Shown in pieces: positions 59,799 through 64,000 of a stretch of 64,000 nt of DNA. Position numbers and translations under genes: made by a program. Source of the stretch: an uncultured Acidobacteriota bacterium (GTDB lineage: Bacteria; Acidobacteriota; Thermoanaerobaculia; Multivoradales; SZUA-115). The notes under the pieces are model-generated. The model did not search any database and was not told where the DNA came from. It saw only the letters and a list, made by a program, of their open reading frames with translations. The DNA lies in contig CAWDVR010000001.1 in the NCBI GenBank assembly GCA_963805975.1, positions 320,001 to 384,000 on the forward strand, written 5' to 3'. How positions within the stretch are numbered: the first letter of the stretch is position 1; each line of letters opens with the position of its first letter.

Positions 59799-61076
59799 CT
59801 ACCCCGCGGCCAGCCGCAGCACTCGGACCGTCTCCTCGACCGCCTTCGGCCAGGAGAACTCCGCCGCGCGTCTTCGGCCTTTCTCGCGCAGCTCGGACGC
59901 CAGCGCGGGATCCGAGAGCACGCGCTCGAGCGCCGTGGCCCAGGCCTCGGCATCGCCGGGCGGTGCGTAGAGGGCGGCGTCGCCGGCGATCTCGCGCAGC
60001 ACCGGGAGGTCGCTCGCCACCAGCGGCGCGCCGAGGGCCAGGGCTTCGAGCGCCGGCAGGCCGAAGCCCTCGTAGAGGCTGGGGAGCACGGCCACGGCGG
60101 CGCCGCGCATCAAGACAACCAGCTCCTCGACCGGCAGGTAGCCCCGCTGATCGAGCCATCCTTCCTCGCTCGCCGCCGCCACGTGACGCCGGATCTCGGC
60201 CGTGTTCCAGCCGTACTGGCCGCAGAGCACCAGGCGCGCGGGCACCCGCTGCCGGAGCCGGCGCCAGGCTTCGATGAGCAGCACCAGGTTCTTGCGCGGC
60301 TCGAGCGTGCCGACGAAGAGGCCGTAGCGGCCCGGCCCGGCGGGTGCTGGAGCCACGGCCGCATCCCGTTCACTTCCCTGGCCGGGGCCATGGTGGACCG
60401 CGTGCACGCGGGCGCCGTCGAAGTGCCCGGCGGCGACGATCTCGCGGCGCACCGCCGCGCTGGGGGTGATGATCCGCTGGGCGGTGAGGAAGGTGCCGGC
60501 CAGGCGCTCGGCGAGCGCTTGGCGGCTGTCCGGCCGCACCGCCCACGGCACTCGCTCGATCGCGAGGTCGTGGACCGTCGCCACCAGGGCGCCGCGCGCC
60601 AGCCGGAAGTGTGGGGGAGCGAGGTAGTTGGGAGCGAAGAGCACCCGGTTGCCGTCCGCCGCCACCAGCAGCGGCGAGAGGCGATGGAGCCAGCGCGCGC
60701 GGCGCGCGGCGCCCAAGGCCAGCGCCGGTGGGTGGGGGTATTGCACCAGATCGAGGGCCGGGCCCACCGGCAGCTCGATCACGGGCTTCGGACCCTGCGG
60801 GTCGTCGATCAGCGACGGCCCGTAGAGCCGCAGGCGGAGGTCGTCGCGCGCAGCCGCGTGGCTGAGGAGCTGGTAGACGTACCAGCCGATGCCGGCGAGC
60901 GGCTCGTAGAGGCTCGCGATGTCGACGGCCACGGCGAGGCGCCCGCACTCCCGGGCCTCGCGGCGCCGGCGCCACGCCGCGCGCGCCAGCTCGCCGAGCC
61001 AGCCCAGCGTGGCTCGCCAGCGGCGCGCGGAGAGCCAGCCCCGCGGGCGCGAGAGGATCCGCAAAGTCTCGGTCAT
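59799..61076 (-). CDS. Glycosyltransferase family 4 (GT-B)
   Basis: GIGWY, TVHDL, VGTLEPRKN, PSLYEGFGLPALEA, FSW. Confidence 0.92.
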   Translation of the reverse strand: MTETLRILSRPRGWLSARRWRATLGWLGELARAAWRRRREARECGRLAVAVDIASLYEPLAGIGWYVYQLLSHAAARDDLRLRLYGPSLIDDPQGPKPVIELPVGPALDLVQYPHPPALALGAARRARWLHRLSPLLVAADGNRVLFAPNYLAPPHFRLARGALVATVHDLAIERVPWAVRPDSRQALAERLAGTFLTAQRIITPSAAVRREIVAAGHFDGARVHAVHHGPGQGSERDAAVAPAPAGPGRYGLFVGTLEPRKNLVLLIEAWRRLRQRVPARLVLCGQYGWNTAEIRRHVAAASEEGWLDQRGYLPVEELVVLMRGAAVAVLPSLYEGFGLPALEALALGAPLVASDLPVLREIAGDAALYAPPGDAEAWATALERVLSDPALASELREKGRRRAAEFSWPKAVEETVRVLRLAAG

Positions 61077-61151
61077 GAAAGGGAGCTCCGGCCGGCGATC
61101 ATAGCGAAGCGCGGCTAAGATACGCCTCCAATCCGATCGCCCCCGGCATCG

Positions 61152-62891
61152 ATGTCCCGCCCGACACTCCTCGCCCTCTGCCTCGCCCTCGGGCTCTCGG
61201 GCCTCGCCCTGTCGCTGCCCGGTCTCACGGGAGGCGGGCTGCCGCGCGGTGAAGAGGCCACCCATCGCCTGGCGGCCGAGAGCCTGCTCGCCGAGCGCGA
61301 CCTGGTGTTCGACCATCGCGACCTCGAGCGCGGCTATCGGGCCTGGCCGTCGGGGCCGCGGGGTATCGCCCTCCTTTCACCGGACGGGGGCGAGAGCTTC
61401 CGTTTCGCGGTGCCGATCGCGGCCAGTCTCGCGGCGCTGCCGTTCGTCGCCTGGGCCGGGGCGTACGGCTGGCTGGTCGCCAACGGCCTGCTCTTCGCCC
61501 TGGCTTTCGGCGCCGCTTGGCGTTGGGGCAATCGCTCCTCGCCGCTATTTCTCGCCGGTTTTTTCTGCGCTTCGGCGGTCCTGGGGCACGTGTTCCGGTT
61601 CGGGCCCGAGGCGTTCCGCTTCGCGGCCGTGGTGCTGGCCCTGGTCGCCTGGCAAACGCTGCGGGAAGGCCGCGAGAACGGCAGCCGGCGCCACCTGGTG
61701 ATCTGGGCGGCGGCGGGAGGGCTGGTGGCCGCGGCCGGCACCCACGCGCCGCTCGATCTGCTGGCCGCGCTCCCTGTCGCCGTGGATCTCGCCTGGGCTC
61801 GGCGCGGAAAGCCGCTGGCGGCGTTTCTCGTCGGCAGCTTGGCCGCGCTCGGCGGCCTGCTCGCCGCCCAGCACCATCTGCTCGGCACCGCCTGGCCCTC
61901 AGCGGGCGCCGAGGTGTGCCGGTTCTACGACGCTTTCCCCATCGAGGGGCCGGCAGACCTGTGGAGCCAGACCCTGCCGGAAGGCGCGGGGGCGGGGGCC
62001 GCGAGCGGAGCTCTCCGGGCCGGTGTCGTGAGCTTCTGGGTCGGCCGCACCACCGGGCTCCTCGCCTTCTTTCCGTTCGCCCTGGTGGCGCTCGCCGGGA
62101 GCGTGGGGCGGGGATGGGAGCGCCCGCGAATCCTGCTCCTGGTCGCGGTCCTGCTCGGCTGCGGCGCCCTGGTCCTCGCCGGAGGCGCGCGGCCCACGGG
62201 GCTGGGCGATCCCCGGTTCGCGGGGCTCTACCCGCTCCTGCTCTTCCTGCCCGGGAGGATCGGCAACCCACTGACGCTCGCGGGCCTCGCCGCCGCCGGG
62301 CTGTGGACCGCGCCGGCGGTCCTGGCCTCGTGGCTCGCCGTCCCTGCCACCGTTCCTGCGCCGGCATTCGCTCGCCTGCCGCTGGAGCTGCCTTTGCTGA
62401 CCGGCAACCGGCCGGGCCGCCCGGAGGGTGCGGGTCTGCCCGGCTACAGCGCCCGCGTGTGGGGCGAAGCCGTGTGGCTGCTGCCGGCCGATGAGTTCTT
62501 CGCCGGCGAGCGCAACCCGCGGGGGGTGTGGATGCGCGGCGCCTCGGCGGCGGAGGTGATCGTGGTCAGCCCGAGGCCGCTCGCGGCATTGGCTTTCACC
62601 GCCGTCTCGCTCGCCGCGGACAACGAGCTCCTGGTCGACGGCGGCGCCGGCACCGTTCGGGTGGTGTTCGACAGCCCCGGCAAGCGCGCCGGTACGCCGA
62701 TCGAGCTGCCGCTGGCCGCTTTGACCCGGGATCTCGGCGGTTTCTTTCCCAGCGAGACCTACTACCGGCTGCGGATGCGGGCGAGCGGCGGCCTGGTGCC
62801 GGCGCGGCGCGACGCTTCGGCGAGCGACCCGCGCTACCTCGGCGTCTTCCTCGAGCCGGCCTTTCTCGACAGCGCTGGGCAAGGGCGCTAG
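61152..62891 (+). CDS. Polytopic membrane protein, possibly GT-C-like
   Basis: GEEATHRLAAESL..ERDL.F...DL.R, many TMs, GRTTGLLAFFPF, C-terminal periplasmic domain ending DPRYLGVFL. Confidence 0.65.
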   Translation: MSRPTLLALCLALGLSGLALSLPGLTGGGLPRGEEATHRLAAESLLAERDLVFDHRDLERGYRAWPSGPRGIALLSPDGGESFRFAVPIAASLAALPFVAWAGAYGWLVANGLLFALAFGAAWRWGNRSSPLFLAGFFCASAVLGHVFRFGPEAFRFAAVVLALVAWQTLREGRENGSRRHLVIWAAAGGLVAAAGTHAPLDLLAALPVAVDLAWARRGKPLAAFLVGSLAALGGLLAAQHHLLGTAWPSAGAEVCRFYDAFPIEGPADLWSQTLPEGAGAGAASGALRAGVVSFWVGRTTGLLAFFPFALVALAGSVGRGWERPRILLLVAVLLGCGALVLAGGARPTGLGDPRFAGLYPLLLFLPGRIGNPLTLAGLAAAGLWTAPAVLASWLAVPATVPAPAFARLPLELPLLTGNRPGRPEGAGLPGYSARVWGEAVWLLPADEFFAGERNPRGVWMRGASAAEVIVVSPRPLAALAFTAVSLAADNELLVDGGAGTVRVVFDSPGKRAGTPIELPLAALTRDLGGFFPSETYYRLRMRASGGLVPARRDASASDPRYLGVFLEPAFLDSAGQGR

Positions 62892-62913
62892 GCTGCGGCG
62901 GCCGCCAGGTCTC

Positions 62914-63384
62914 ATGCCGATGACCGACCCCGAAGAGCAGCCCGACCCCGAACGCGAGCGGGTGGCCGCCGTGCTCGAGGCCCTCGAGGCCGGTGTGCGG
63001 CAACGCCGCGCCGAGCGCGCCACGGCCGGCGCCGACGACGGCGCGGCGCGGGCGCGGCTGCTCGAGGCGCGCCGCCTCGAGCACGTGCGCGAGCCGCTCC
63101 CGGTGTCGCCGCGGCCGGTGGTCGGCCGGCTGCTGGTGCTGGCCCGCAAGACGGCATACCACCTCTTCTTCAAGTGGCACGCGCGCGGCACCACCGAGCA
63201 GCAGAACGCCTTCAACCAGGCGACGCTAGCCCTGGTCGAGGACCTGCTCGCCGCCGACGAGGCCAAGGCCCGCGAGCTCGCCCGCCTGCGCCGCCGGGTG
63301 GACGAGCTGGAGCAACGCCTGGCGGAGGCCGGGCCCACCTCGGGCGATGCGGCCGGCGCTCCACGCGGTGATCTGACCTCGTGA
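62914..63384 (+). CDS. Hypothetical coiled-coil protein (glycan-locus associated)
   Basis: SPRPVVGRLLVLARK...KW.....EQQNAFNQA followed by a coiled coil; GTGA overlap with the next gene. Confidence 0.75.
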   Translation: MPMTDPEEQPDPERERVAAVLEALEAGVRQRRAERATAGADDGAARARLLEARRLEHVREPLPVSPRPVVGRLLVLARKTAYHLFFKWHARGTTEQQNAFNQATLALVEDLLAADEAKARELARLRRRVDELEQRLAEAGPTSGDAAGAPRGDLTS

Positions 63385-64000
63385 AGCGCGTCGTCATCGC
63401 CACCACCCAGGTGCCCTTCGCGCGCGGCGGCGCCGAGCTCCTGGTCGAGTCGCTCGGCAGCGAGCTCTCGGGCCGTGGCTTCGCCGTCGAGGTGGTGCAG
63501 CTCCCGTTCAGCTGGACGCGCCGCCTCGACGTGCTGAAGAGCGCCCTCGCCTGGCGCATGCTCGATCTGCGCACCCTGGTCGGCGAGCCCATCGATCTGG
63601 TGATCGCCACCCGCTTCCCGGCCTACCTGATCCGCCACCCGAAGAAGGTGGTGTGGCTGATCCATCAGTTCCGGCAGGTCTACGAGCTCCAGGGCACGCC
63701 CTACAGCGAGTACCAGGACACGGCCGAGGACCGGCGCACCGCCGCCATGGTGCGCGCCATGGATGCGCGGGCGCTCTCCGAGGCGCGGGGCCTGTTCTCG
63801 ATCTCGCGCAACACGGCGGCGCGCCTGGCGCGCTTCAACGGCCTGGAAGCCCATCCGCTCTACCCGCCGCCCAAGCTCGGTGGGGCGCTGCGCTCCGGCC
63901 GCTACGGCGACTACGTGTTCACCGCCGGCCGGCTGGATCGCATGAAGCGCTTCGACCTGCTGCTCGAAGCGCTGGCCCAGACCGCGAGCGGCACGCGGGC
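63381..64000 (+). CDS. Glycosyltransferase family 4 (partial, runs off window end)
   Basis: Hand translation from the GTG at 63381: MKRVVIATTQVPFARGGAELLVESL...IATRFPAY..RHPKKVVWLIHQFRQ.Y...SISRN...LYPPP...GRLDRMKRFDLLL. Confidence 0.88.
   Translation, partial: MKRVVIATTQVPFARGGAELLVESLGSELSGRGFAVEVVQLPFSWTRRLDVLKSALAWRMLDLRTLVGEPIDLVIATRFPAYLIRHPKKVVWLIHQFRQVYELQGTPYSEYQDTAEDRRTAAMVRAMDARALSEARGLFSISRNTAARLARFNGLEAHPLYPPPKLGGALRSGRYGDYVFTAGRLDRMKRFDLLLEALAQTASGTR

Overview
Very GC-rich bacterial chromosomal window, most consistent with Acidobacteriota (inferred from an ADOP duplicated permease with its PadR regulator and two CRTAC1/ASPIC-UnbV genes). It holds about 50 protein-coding genes. 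I found no convincing tRNA, rRNA, CRISPR array, integrase or transposase. Housekeeping genes include recA, murB, fadI, a DEAD-box helicase, moxR-DUF58-transglutaminase, a peroxiredoxin and a glycosylation region at 47.5-64 kb. Highlights: (1) a 3.8-16.9 kb cluster with two tandem signal-peptide 'tail-fibre-like' proteins ending in a chaperone-like PDYVFE...NKHLP...LLEKVEELTL domain, flanked by two CRTAC1 beta-propellers, a TPR protein, a sigma54 two-component system and a DUF547 protein, which is a candidate undescribed surface-fibre system; (2) an orphan Zn-dependent nucleic-acid deaminase (HAE...KPTCPRC...WxxP) with a repetitive HVxxA/VQR leader; (3) a Dnmt2/TRDMT1-type methyltransferase with the CFT motif; (4) a KaiC-like ATPase coupled to a hybrid kinase. 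Several indels (kaiC, second fibre gene, GGDEF/MFS junction, alpha/beta hydrolase end) look like long-read consensus errors and need read-level checking. All assignments come from motif recognition only; no database search was run.
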